From positions 1-64,000 of IMG/VR virus record IMGVR_UViG_3300046092_000205: a DNA stretch of 64,000 nt. One strand, written 5' to 3'. Below are positions 1-8,983 of this stretch, piece by piece. The number at the start of each line of letters is the position of its first letter. Within the stretch, counting starts at the first letter, position 1. This stretch comes from a virus. The notes beneath the pieces were generated by a model. The model saw only the letters and a list, made by a program, of their open reading frames with translations. It was not told the origin of the DNA and searched no databases. The position numbers and the translations under genes are program-made.

Positions 1-5
1 AGTTA

Positions 6-836
6 ATGAAGCAGAGTGCTATTAGTAATAATCTCAGCACTGAAGTTATTGGAACCAAAAAACTTATCTATTACACTGTGTACGGTGAGTGGTACATTAA
101 ACTCTTGGAGAAATCCATAGAGTCTCTTATTGAAACCAGTATTGCGAGCTTTGATATATTAATCATATCTGATGGGGAATCTCAAAAGAAAATAAAAAAC
201 CTTAATGTAATGCAAAACAATACATTAAATGTGTTTTACCATACGGTAAATGTCCCAGTGGACGGAATCGCCGCATCAATGAATAAAACTATAATTTATG
301 ATTTTGAGTTGATTGATAATTATTCACATGTTTTGTTTTTGGACTGCGATATTCTCGCTCTTAAAGATGTGGATATGATTTTTAACCTTTTAACAGAATC
401 AGAAAAATTCTATTGTGTTTGTAATCCGCAAGTCAACAGCGGAGGTTACTTGGGTATTTTTCACGGTTTAGATTACAACAAAGAAGAGGTATTTGAGCTA
501 GCGGTAAATCAGCGCCAAAGACCTTTTAACGCAGGTCAATTTGCATTTTTAAACACTGCTCGTATGCGCAAGCACTTTAAAAATATTAATTATTTTATCG
601 CCAATTGGAATGGCCCTTACTTTTTTGAGCAAGTTTTTATGAACATTTACTTTTTGTATGCAAATTGCTGCAATAATGTTCTTTCTGATTCTGTGTGTTT
701 GGCTAACGCATCTGTAAATAATACAGAAGCTAAACACTCTTCTGGTGATATTTTAATTCATTTTATTGCTCCTGCTCTTAGCGGTGAAGTTAAACTTGAT
801 TACCTCACCCAATATTTCGATGCCCATAAGTTATAA
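6..836 (+). CDS. Glycosyltransferase, GT8-like
   Basis: DxD motif LFLDCDIL, FNAG, FEQxxMN and C-terminal IHF motifs typical of GT8. Confidence 0.75.
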   Translation: MKQSAISNNLSTEVIGTKKLIYYTVYGEWYIKLLEKSIESLIETSIASFDILIISDGESQKKIKNLNVMQNNTLNVFYHTVNVPVDGIAASMNKTIIYDFELIDNYSHVLFLDCDILALKDVDMIFNLLTESEKFYCVCNPQVNSGGYLGIFHGLDYNKEEVFELAVNQRQRPFNAGQFAFLNTARMRKHFKNINYFIANWNGPYFFEQVFMNIYFLYANCCNNVLSDSVCLANASVNNTEAKHSSGDILIHFIAPALSGEVKLDYLTQYFDAHKL

Positions 837-1485
837 TCACGAAACAATTTTTGTTCACATTCCTAAGACTGCTGGAACAAGCATTAACAAAATGTTGGAA
901 TGCAATTCTGAAAATGAATTTGTCTCATTCGATTGGATGAGGAGCATGAAAAATAAACCTTTTTTACCGAAAATGAGCTATGAGGAGTTGATGAATTACT
1001 TATATTGTCATCCACAACATCTCAAAGCGCATCAATTGCGAACCATCTTTCCTGTGGAGTGGAATAAATTTTATAAATTTACGGTTGTTCGTAATCCTTA
1101 TGAGAGATTTGTTTCTGAGTATGAATACGTTCAATACCACCCAGTCAATAAGGCTTTAGATTATAAAGGTGTTGACTTTGAGACATTCGTAAGAATGGTT
1201 TACAAGTTACCTGATTTTACCCGAAAGCTTATTTTTGATTATCATTTTGATTTACAAAAAGACTTTATTGTTGATGATAATAAAGTGATCATAGATGAAG
1301 TATTTAAATACGAAAATATAAATACATGCTTTAAAGTGTTGCAAATCATAACGGATAATGAACCTAGTCACGAATTGAAATACAAGCAAAAACCTTACCA
1401 AGAATATTATACTAAAGATGCAAAATATCTTGTGGAACAAATGGTCAAAAAAGATTTAACCTATTTTGGTTATTCTTTCGAATAA
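820..1485 (+). CDS. Sulfotransferase (Sulfotransfer_2-like)
   Basis: PAPS-binding motifs FVHIPKTAGTS and VRNPYERFVSEY, C-terminal DLTYFGY; ATG at 820 chosen as start. Confidence 0.85.
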   Translation: MPISYNHETIFVHIPKTAGTSINKMLECNSENEFVSFDWMRSMKNKPFLPKMSYEELMNYLYCHPQHLKAHQLRTIFPVEWNKFYKFTVVRNPYERFVSEYEYVQYHPVNKALDYKGVDFETFVRMVYKLPDFTRKLIFDYHFDLQKDFIVDDNKVIIDEVFKYENINTCFKVLQIITDNEPSHELKYKQKPYQEYYTKDAKYLVEQMVKKDLTYFGYSFE

Positions 1486-1509
1486 GAAACTTTCGGCGAA
1501 TCTTTTATT

Positions 1510-1899
1510 TTACTTTGAACCAAAGTCGATAGTCACGCCATTCTTTTTGATTACTTTATCCTTACTTGAGTCGAAGTAATCAACGTTGTTGGTTTTTTTA
1601 TAATCGCCAAGCCATTTTTCTTTAACAAAATCTTTACCAGCTTTCTCAGTTCGAAGAATACTAGCCTCTTTTGCGGCATCAAGTAAATTGCCGTATGTTC
1701 CTTTTTTTCTGCCAGTTTTCTCTACAAAATCTTGTTTAGAGAATGGGTCAATTCTATTATCAACACTAGCAGTTGGGACTGTATAAACTCTCCTCCACTC
1801 TTTTTTATCGGGTCCAACGAATTTTTTTTCGTCATTCATGTGGAAAAATACATCAACGTATTCGGTTTCCGTTTCATTAGTGAAAATATAGAGTGGCAT
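1510..1899 (-). CDS. Hypothetical protein with FmdB-like N-terminus lacking cysteines
   Basis: MPLYIF...WRRVY pattern resembles FmdB-family starts, but no CxxC. Confidence 0.4.
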   Translation of the reverse strand: MPLYIFTNETETEYVDVFFHMNDEKKFVGPDKKEWRRVYTVPTASVDNRIDPFSKQDFVEKTGRKKGTYGNLLDAAKEASILRTEKAGKDFVKEKWLGDYKKTNNVDYFDSSKDKVIKKNGVTIDFGSK

Positions 1900-1907
1900 A
1901 GTAAATA

Positions 1908-2165
1908 TTAACCTTGAATACTGGAAGCTTCCATTAGTTCTTTATTGCGAATTTCAATAAAATGCTTTGCCTCTTCTATGGTTTTAAAATCACAAGAGTA
2001 TTCGTCACTAATATCCTCGTCATGATTTTCATACCAAATAACTTGGTCGCACTCTAGCTTTTGAGAGAGTCTCCAATAATAATCATTTGATTCATCACTA
2101 AGGTATGATGAGCAATACCATTCGGTATTAGAATCATCGTCATAACATTTAATCCAGTTAAGCAT
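1908..2165 (-). CDS. Hypothetical acidic protein
   Basis: 85-aa ORF packed in a minus-strand operon. Confidence 0.6.
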   Translation of the reverse strand: MLNWIKCYDDDSNTEWYCSSYLSDESNDYYWRLSQKLECDQVIWYENHDEDISDEYSCDFKTIEEAKHFIEIRNKELMEASSIQG

Positions 2166-2166
2166 A

Positions 2167-2532
2167 TTAAAGAATTTTAATTGCTGTTTTTGCCGTAACT
2201 TTCATTGGAAAGGCGATGCTCAATAAGCCATCCTCAACTTTCGCAAGGCAATTATCCAAGTCAAAATACTTGTAATTTGGAATTCTATATTCTTCCTTGA
2301 AACCATTTTTTTCTTTTTTTCCAACAACAGTAAGAGCTTCGCTATCGCCTTCGATAGTTACGGAAATTTCATTTTTAGAGTAGCGTGGAACCTCAAGCTC
2401 AAAAAGCATTGAACCATCTTCATTATAAGACCAAACATCGTTAACATAAGTTCCGTCTTTGATCAGATTGATTTTTTCTTGCTGTTCATCAATAAGGTTT
2501 TGAATGAAGTTTTGTAGTGATTGTGTATTCAT
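2167..2532 (-). CDS. Small heat-shock protein (Hsp20)
   Basis: LEVPRYSKNEISVTIE, LTVVG, AKVEDGLLSIAFP alpha-crystallin motifs. Confidence 0.85.
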   Translation of the reverse strand: MNTQSLQNFIQNLIDEQQEKINLIKDGTYVNDVWSYNEDGSMLFELEVPRYSKNEISVTIEGDSEALTVVGKKEKNGFKEEYRIPNYKYFDLDNCLAKVEDGLLSIAFPMKVTAKTAIKIL

Positions 2533-3593
2533 GAGAGTATTTGGTTTAGTGTTTTAGAGTATGTCATATTTTGGCCTAAAGCTAGGCCATCTGTATTGAC
2601 CGCACTAACTTTACTTTCTGCGCGTTCAAAAGCGTTGATCAAAGCTTCGTCTGAGTAGTAACAGAAAGATCCTTGATTAAAATCTTGCCCTTTATGGAAG
2701 AACCAATCATCGTAGCACTCTTTCATTCCTTCGCTCTCTAAAGAGATTGAGTTTTCGCTTGTGGCCCAACTTTTATGACCGCCATAATTTGTAACGATAC
2801 TCCACTTACCAAGGCATGTGGAATTAAAAGCTGGGAGATTCCAAGACTCAGAAAAACTTGCGCCACTCAAATCAATATCAATAGCATTAGTCAAATCAAC
2901 AACTTCGGCATTTGTTCCAAGTGGAGGAATAATACTTACATTCCACCATTTTTTATTATCAAGAGCAGCAGCTAAAAGTTTTTGATTATCTTCGTCGCTA
3001 AAAAATGGATTATGAACGCATAAAGTCAGCGAGTGATCAGGGTTGTTGCCATACTTCTTAACCCACAAATTAATAATCTTTTCGGTATTTTTTCTGCGTT
3101 CAAATTTCTGAACCAGACCCCAAGACGTTCTTCCTTCAAGATACTTCTTGCCTGAAGGTTTAATATCTTCATCAAATCCGAGATTATAAGAACCAACATT
3201 GGAAATGCCATTGTTCCGAAATACATTTTCAGAAAACTGTCCGCACATCCATGTTTTCTTCTGCAAGTTCACAATAGACTTTTCTGCATCAGTTGGGGAA
3301 TTACATTCATAAAATGTAATAAGCTGTTGATTCGGCCCGAAAAGATTTTCTGAGCCATTTATATGCCAAAGCTTATATGAAGCAACATCTCGATTGAGAA
3401 TCTTAAATCTTTGGTCAACACTCTTTTGTAGCCATTTTACAAAATCTTGATGCGGCTGAAACGGAGCTAAATCAGTTTTACCGATTGGAAAAAAACCAAC
3501 ATCATAATCTCTCCTCCACATTTCGCGAAGAAGATTGTAAGAAACTTGACCGAGACTAAGGCGGGAAACTGGGGCTGAAAAAACTAATTGCAT
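2529..3593 (-). CDS. Glycosyltransferase, GT-B (GT4-like)
   Basis: KFERRKN, SFSESWNLP, LGKWSIVTNYGGH resemble the GT4 C-terminal signature. Confidence 0.7.
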   Translation of the reverse strand: MQLVFSAPVSRLSLGQVSYNLLREMWRRDYDVGFFPIGKTDLAPFQPHQDFVKWLQKSVDQRFKILNRDVASYKLWHINGSENLFGPNQQLITFYECNSPTDAEKSIVNLQKKTWMCGQFSENVFRNNGISNVGSYNLGFDEDIKPSGKKYLEGRTSWGLVQKFERRKNTEKIINLWVKKYGNNPDHSLTLCVHNPFFSDEDNQKLLAAALDNKKWWNVSIIPPLGTNAEVVDLTNAIDIDLSGASFSESWNLPAFNSTCLGKWSIVTNYGGHKSWATSENSISLESEGMKECYDDWFFHKGQDFNQGSFCYYSDEALINAFERAESKVSAVNTDGLALGQNMTYSKTLNQILS

Positions 3594-3687
3594 AATTTAA
3601 AAGGTTTTTTGGCTTTTATGCGATTACCAAAATGGGGATGAAAATTAACCACTCAAACAAAAAGAGCGCCGCAATCCCAAGTGTTTA

Positions 3688-3954
3688 CTACTCGCAGTCT
3701 GGCAAGTCGCTAGACTTGATATTCGGAATAAATACCATTGACTCAGATTGAGTCGCAGGACTTTCAGTGCGAACAATAACTCCGACTCGCGCAATCTCAA
3801 AAATGTAAGTGATGATTGATTCATCAGATTGAAGAATCTTCCATGGGGAATTAGGGGCAAGAAGTTGCTTCTTCAGGTAAGGCTCCACTGTTTCTACAAG
3901 AATTTCTGGTTCACTATTCACGATGGTATTTTCTGTTGTTTCGTTTTTAGGCAT
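3688..3954 (-). CDS. Hypothetical protein
   Basis: 88-aa ORF with A/C-rich leader. Confidence 0.6.
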   Translation of the reverse strand: MPKNETTENTIVNSEPEILVETVEPYLKKQLLAPNSPWKILQSDESIITYIFEIARVGVIVRTESPATQSESMVFIPNIKSSDLPDCE

Positions 3955-4008
3955 ATTATTAGTTGGTTATGTGTTTTTGTGTTTTTGTTTAATTAAACAT
4001 TTTTTTAA

Positions 4009-4407
4009 TTAAAATGGAGGGCCGTCGTCATTTTCATCTTGAGCGACTACAGATTTCTTATTAGAGGCTGCGGGTTTTGATTCTGTCTTGCTATCCGCCT
4101 TATCGCTTTTTCCACCAAGAAAATTAAACTGAGTAGCGTTGCAAACAATTTTAGAGAACTTTTGACCATCTTTCTCCCATGACTCTTCATCTGCTGACCC
4201 AGCAACAAAGACAGATGATCCTTTCTTTGCATACTTAAGGGCGACTTCTCCAGCTTTATTATTAAAGAATTTAGCTGTGAAATATACGGTTTTGTCCTTA
4301 CCTTGGTCAGTAGCGATTCTAAGCTCAACGATTTCAAGACCGCCATTTGTTTTGCGGAGTTCGGGGTCTGCGCAGAGGTTTCCTGCGATAGTTAGTGTGG
4401 TAGGCAT
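4009..4407 (-). CDS. ssb: Single-stranded DNA-binding protein
   Basis: IAGNLCADPELRKT OB-fold start, KGSSVFVAG, acidic tail DDGPPF; start reassigned to ATG 4407. Confidence 0.92.
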   Translation of the reverse strand: MPTTLTIAGNLCADPELRKTNGGLEIVELRIATDQGKDKTVYFTAKFFNNKAGEVALKYAKKGSSVFVAGSADEESWEKDGQKFSKIVCNATQFNFLGGKSDKADSKTESKPAASNKKSVVAQDENDDGPPF

Positions 4408-4411
4408 ATAT

Positions 4412-4978
4412 TTATGGGTTGTTTGTTTGAGAGAAATGTTTTTTAGCGTCATTTATAAATTGACCGTGAACTAAAGTAGCCCATGACACGCTGATGTCAA
4501 GTTTTTTTGCTATTTGTTTCCAGCCTAATTTACTTCCGCTATTATAACGCATCTCAACAATATTTCTTGCAAGTTCATTTGGATAATTTTCAGCGTATTG
4601 GAAAATTTGTTCAATTTTAAACTTATTTGAATAGTCTTCTGGCTCTTTTTCTGCTAGCGGAGTGTCTAGAGAATCAATAAAAACAGTATCCTTATCTTGG
4701 CCGCGATTCTTTAAGGTTAAACATTTCCATTTAATTGTTTGCCCAAGATAAGTTGAGAACTTCATATTGCTCTCTGGCTTATACTTCATTACTGCGTCAT
4801 ACAAATGAAATGCTCTCTCGTTTTTAAAATCCTCTTTCTGTGTTGCAAAGGTATCGCTTGGCAAGGAACGATCCAATACTTGCAGAAATACGCCAGTATG
4901 ATTACTGATGAGTTGCGACATAGCTGCGCTATCACCAGTTTCTTTAACTCGCATTACAAGGGAAAAATCGTCTGCCAT
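4412..4978 (-). CDS. Phage sigma-70-family factor
   Basis: GDSAAMSQL, AVMKYKPESNMKFSTY (region 2), WKQIAKKLDISVSW (region 4 HTH). Confidence 0.75.
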   Translation of the reverse strand: MADDFSLVMRVKETGDSAAMSQLISNHTGVFLQVLDRSLPSDTFATQKEDFKNERAFHLYDAVMKYKPESNMKFSTYLGQTIKWKCLTLKNRGQDKDTVFIDSLDTPLAEKEPEDYSNKFKIEQIFQYAENYPNELARNIVEMRYNSGSKLGWKQIAKKLDISVSWATLVHGQFINDAKKHFSQTNNP

Positions 4979-5541
4979 TCGGAGAGTTTGTGTTCAAACA
5001 AACTGTTTATCAGTTGTTCACCTTTATAATAAAGAATTTCTTTATTATCACTACAATTTTCCCAAGAAAATTTAAAATCTGCCATATCTTTTAAGATTGG
5101 ATTATTGATTTCTTCGTCAGTGCCAATTGGGGGATACTCATTACCAAGTTCGTCGTATCGGGTAATATGAAGAAGAAACTTTTCGCCACAAAAATAATCA
5201 AACTCTGAAGGATAACGGCAATCAGACACAATTGCTAAGTGTGGAGTTTTGTCATCTTGAATTTTCTGCTCTACCGTTTTTACCCAATAATTCTTATCAA
5301 TATTTCGGCACATTTGACCGTATGCCAAAAGCATTGGGCGAATTAAAGGTTTTTCAACAGCGTCCTCTGTGAACGCTGAAACTCCATGATTCGACAAAAG
5401 AAGTGGATCTAGTTTGTTCTTTAATTCATCTGCAAAAGCATATCGCTTAGCAAGAATTCCTTTTTTAGTTAGAAAACGAATGAAGCCTTCCGTCACCGAA
5501 TCTTTCCCAACTCTTCCATTTCCAGAATTAAATATAATCAT
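4954..5541 (-). CDS. Deoxynucleoside monophosphate kinase-like P-loop protein
   Basis: GNGRVGKDS P-loop, AFADELK, SDCRYPSE. Confidence 0.75.
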   Translation of the reverse strand: MIIFNSGNGRVGKDSVTEGFIRFLTKKGILAKRYAFADELKNKLDPLLLSNHGVSAFTEDAVEKPLIRPMLLAYGQMCRNIDKNYWVKTVEQKIQDDKTPHLAIVSDCRYPSEFDYFCGEKFLLHITRYDELGNEYPPIGTDEEINNPILKDMADFKFSWENCSDNKEILYYKGEQLINSLFEHKLSEWQTIFPL

Positions 5542-5798
5542 TGTTTTAAAACCCTTTCTTGATCTTCGTCGTCAAATAATTTGTCATTTGGTTCATCAAA
5601 CTCGTCCCATTCGAAACTCGGTAATTTCATACGACGAACAGTTCCATTCATTTCGTCCATTTCCCAGCGAGTATCTGCCTCTGAATAATCCCTATTTAAG
5701 GTTTCAAGAACATTGACTAATCCCTTAAAACAATCAGATGCGCGAGTTTTTAAATACTTTAATTGTGTGTCCATATTTTTAACCATAACTGTAATCAA
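5538..5798 (-). CDS. Hypothetical protein
   Basis: 86-aa ORF overlapping both neighbours. Confidence 0.5.
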   Translation of the reverse strand: MITVMVKNMDTQLKYLKTRASDCFKGLVNVLETLNRDYSEADTRWEMDEMNGTVRRMKLPSFEWDEFDEPNDKLFDDEDQERVLKQ

Positions 5799-5964
5799 CT
5801 AACCGATCATACTTAAAAACTAAATTTAATCGGCGAGGATCATAATCATTCGATTTGATAAATGGCCTATTGTTAACTTCTGCAATGCGCCATGGAATTT
5901 CTTGCTCATTTAAAGTTGCAGTGACATACCTTACTGACTTTTGAAGTAGGTCTTTAATATTCAT
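5779..5964 (-). CDS. Small protein, peptidase-inhibitor I78/I13-like motif
   Basis: SNDYDPRRLNL...LVDYSYG resembles TxDYxxxRLNV...VxxxxxG. Confidence 0.45.
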   Translation of the reverse strand: MNIKDLLQKSVRYVTATLNEQEIPWRIAEVNNRPFIKSNDYDPRRLNLVFKYDRLVDYSYG

Positions 5965-6320
5965 GATAGTTTATCTGCGCGAATTTGAGCGGCCTCATCG
6001 GAATATCCTTTGTTGTAACGAACGCACAATTTTTGATAGTTAGTATCGAGGACTTCTTCTCTTGTGACGCCAATAGATTGACGGATTGCTTCAACAAAAA
6101 ATTCAATATCGCCAAGCTCTTCGATTACGTTTTCACGATCAAGAGGTTTGTTATAAACAATATACTTTTTAAAAGCATCGGAAAGCTCTCCAGCCTCCCC
6201 AGAAATTCCAGAAGCTAAATGCCACTGATTGCATTTTTCTGGAGTAAGGGAATCAAGAATATCTTGGCCGCTTTTTACAAGGCGCGAAACAAATAAGGAG
6301 TAATTAATGGGTAGGCTCAT
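5961..6320 (-). CDS. MazG-like NTP pyrophosphohydrolase
   Basis: GEAGELSDAFKK, EELGDIEFF, NYQKLCVRY. Confidence 0.88.
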   Translation of the reverse strand: MSLPINYSLFVSRLVKSGQDILDSLTPEKCNQWHLASGISGEAGELSDAFKKYIVYNKPLDRENVIEELGDIEFFVEAIRQSIGVTREEVLDTNYQKLCVRYNKGYSDEAAQIRADKLS

Positions 6321-6323
6321 CAA

Positions 6324-6883
6324 CGATATATACGAGTATCAAATTAAATTCTATCATAAGGTCAAACTGCGGAAAATATTTTTGGCTCCTCGCGTACGTT
6401 TTTATATGGTTCGCTTCGCTCACTCAGTTTCCGATTTTCGCTTCGCTTCAATCTTTGAATGGGGATTAATCCCCAAACCCCTTTAGCTCTCAGAATCTTG
6501 TGTTGTTCCAACCCTTCGCTTCTTCGGTGCATCGCTTTCGCTATCTCATCTCTACTACCATGGGGCGCTTTCTTTCGCGAACTCTAAAGCTTTAGATTGC
6601 CAACGTTCAGCCCCCTTCTTTTATGTTTCCCCCAATCATACATATTTTTGCCTATCAATCTATCAATTTTTTTTTCGACCGCTTTATAAAATGTTGTTTT
6701 TGAAGGAATTAGAAAATTGTTTCATTCTTGTCACATTGATAGATTTATAAAATCATTGGAAATTGAGAGCTTAAAATTAAAGCTATTGAATCTCAATCTC
6801 AATAATAAATCTGCTTCAAATCGAAGAAAAAAATGAAAAACAGCTAGACATTCAATTTTTAAACTGTAAGTATATTGCACCTT
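6324..6883. other. Divergent non-coding region with GCGAAGC/GCGAAAGC mini-hairpins; candidate replication origin
   Basis: No ORF in the track; GCTTCGC at 6413 and 6440, GCTTTCGC at 6534, palindrome GGGGATTAATCCCC 6461-6474, AT-rich 6660-6860. Confidence 0.4.
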
Positions 6884-7876
6884 ATGAAAGAAGAATCAAA
6901 AATTACAATTTTCGACGAACAAATCGCCAGAAAGCCAGACCGTTATCCATGGGCGCAGGACTATATTTCTGCAATGCACGATGGTTTTTGGACCCACAAA
7001 GAGTTTAGTTTTTCTAGCGACATTCAAGATTACAAAGTAAACTTGTCGGAAGAAGAGCGTCAAATTATCACAAAAACGCTTTCTGCAATTGGGCAGATTG
7101 AAATCGCCGTTAAAAAGTTTTGGTCGCGCCTAGGAGACAATCTACCGCACCCAAGCTTAACAGATCTTGGATTGGTCATGGGAGCAGTTGAAGTTATTCA
7201 CAATAACGCTTACCAACGGCTTCTTGACGTTCTTGGCATGGAAGATATTTTTGAGGAGAATTTGAAACTTGATGTTGTTTCTGGAAGAGTTAATTATCTT
7301 CGGAAATACACTCATCGTTTTTATAAGGATTCTAAAAAGCAATACATTTACGCCCTGATTCTTTTCACCTTATTCATCGAAAACGTATCTCTATTTTCTC
7401 AATTCTATGTTATCCTTTGGTTTGGAAGATATAGGAATGTGCTGAAAGACACTACTCAGCAGGTGACTTATACAAAAAATGAAGAATTGATCCACGCAAA
7501 AGTTGGCATCAAACTCGTCAATACGATTCGCCAAGAATTCCCAGAGCTTTTTGATTATGATTTGGAGCAAAGAATTCTGCACGAAGCAGAAGAAGCATTT
7601 AAAGCTGAGTCTAAAATTATTGACTGGATTATTGGAGATTGGCAAGATAAAAGAATTTCCGCGCCGATCTTAAAAGAGTATATCAAAGGAAGAATTAATG
7701 ATTCTTTGAGTGAAATTGGCTTCGCAAAGATTTTTGAGATTGACAAAGACATCTCCCGCGATTATGAGTGGATGGATGAAGAGGTTCTCGGCAATAACGC
7801 CGTTGATTTCTTTTACCAACGCCCAGTTGATTACAGCAAAAAGAACAAGAGTTTTGACGAAGACGATCTGATTTAA
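6884..7876 (+). CDS. nrdB: Ribonucleotide reductase beta subunit (class Id-like signature)
   Basis: FWTHKE, QIEIAVK, EVIHNNAY, ENVSLFSQF, EELIH, DFFYQRPVDY. Confidence 0.95.
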   Translation: MKEESKITIFDEQIARKPDRYPWAQDYISAMHDGFWTHKEFSFSSDIQDYKVNLSEEERQIITKTLSAIGQIEIAVKKFWSRLGDNLPHPSLTDLGLVMGAVEVIHNNAYQRLLDVLGMEDIFEENLKLDVVSGRVNYLRKYTHRFYKDSKKQYIYALILFTLFIENVSLFSQFYVILWFGRYRNVLKDTTQQVTYTKNEELIHAKVGIKLVNTIRQEFPELFDYDLEQRILHEAEEAFKAESKIIDWIIGDWQDKRISAPILKEYIKGRINDSLSEIGFAKIFEIDKDISRDYEWMDEEVLGNNAVDFFYQRPVDYSKKNKSFDEDDLI

Positions 7877-7881
7877 AAAAT

Positions 7882-8630
7882 ATGGAATATAAAAAATACT
7901 ACTGGTTAAATGATAAGTCCCGCGAATTCCTCACTAGAGGATATGTAAGGGACGGACAAACCGCCGAACAGAGAGTTCGTGAAATTGCAGAGGCGGCAGA
8001 GAAATACCTTGGAATCGAAGGATATGCTGATAAATTCGAGGATTATATGTCTCGCGGATGGTTTAGCCTTTCATCTCCATTATGGGCTAATTATGGCCTA
8101 AAAGAGGCTTGCCATGTTCATGCAATGGCTCTTACATTGAAGATACGATGGATTCAATCCTCACTAAAGTTGGTGAGCTTGGAACAATGGACAAGCATGG
8201 CGCTGGAACATCTGCTTTCTTTGGGGCATTAAGAGAAAGGGGTGCGGAGATTTCATCTGGAGGTTCGTCTAATGGGCCAGTTCACTTTATGGAATTGTTC
8301 GATAAAGTTACGAGCGTAATTTCTCAATCAAATGTGAGACGCGGATCAATGGCCGCGTATCTCCCAGTAGATCATCCTGATATTCTTGAATTTTTAAAAA
8401 TCAAATCAGAGGGTAATCCAATCCAAGATTTAAGCATCGGAGTTTGCATTTCTGATGAATGGATGGAAAGTCTCCTTAATAAGGATAAGGATAAGCTAAA
8501 AATTTGGGGCGAAATTATCAAAAAGCGCTTTGAGAGTGGCTATCCGTATGTATTTTTCACTGGAACAGCCAATAAAAATGCACCAAAAGTTTACAGAGAT
8601 AAGGGCATTAAGATTCATGCTAGCAATCTT
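7882..8630 (+). CDS. nrdA: RNR alpha N-extein, interrupted by a -1 frameshift at ~8100-8103
   Basis: Frame A gives ...SSPLWANYGLK; the -1 frame continues RGLPCSC...GAGTS...RRGS...GYPY...HASNL. Confidence 0.9.
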
Positions 8631-8948
8631 TGCGTGACAGGAGATACCTTAATTGATGTTTTAATTGATGATGAAGCTTTTCAAATAAAAATCGAAGAAC
8701 TTGGCTTTTACCTAAAAAAACACAAAAATATTAAAGTTAAGTCTTTTGACGTAGAAACCGAAAAAGAAGTTTTCTCTGAAATTCTTGATTTCGCTCAAAC
8801 TGGAGAGTCGGAGGAACTCTATGAAATTGAAGATGAAAATGGAAACGTAGTTAAATGCACTGGGAATCATAAGATTTATACGCAAAATAGAGGTTATGTA
8901 GAAGCTCGTCTTCTAGAAGAAACTGATATTTTAGTTAACGCAAAATAA
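8631..8948 (+). mobile_element. Split intein N-half (105 aa) fused to NrdA N-extein
   Basis: Block A CVTGDT directly after SNL; block B CTGNHKIYT; stop at 8948. Confidence 0.93.
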
Positions 8949-8949
8949 A

Positions 8950-8983
8950 GTGTAATCTCTAAGCACAGGTAGTGCTTAGAGAT
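8950..8983 (+). promoter_or_regulatory. GTGTAA motif plus 12-bp hairpin abutting the endonuclease start
   Basis: ATCTCTAAGCAC (8955-66), loop AGGTA, GTGCTTAGAGAT (8972-83), ATG at 8984. Confidence 0.75.

Noticed and set aside
6324-6883. tRNA genes in intergenic regions
   Set aside because: No cloverleaf or T-arm context found
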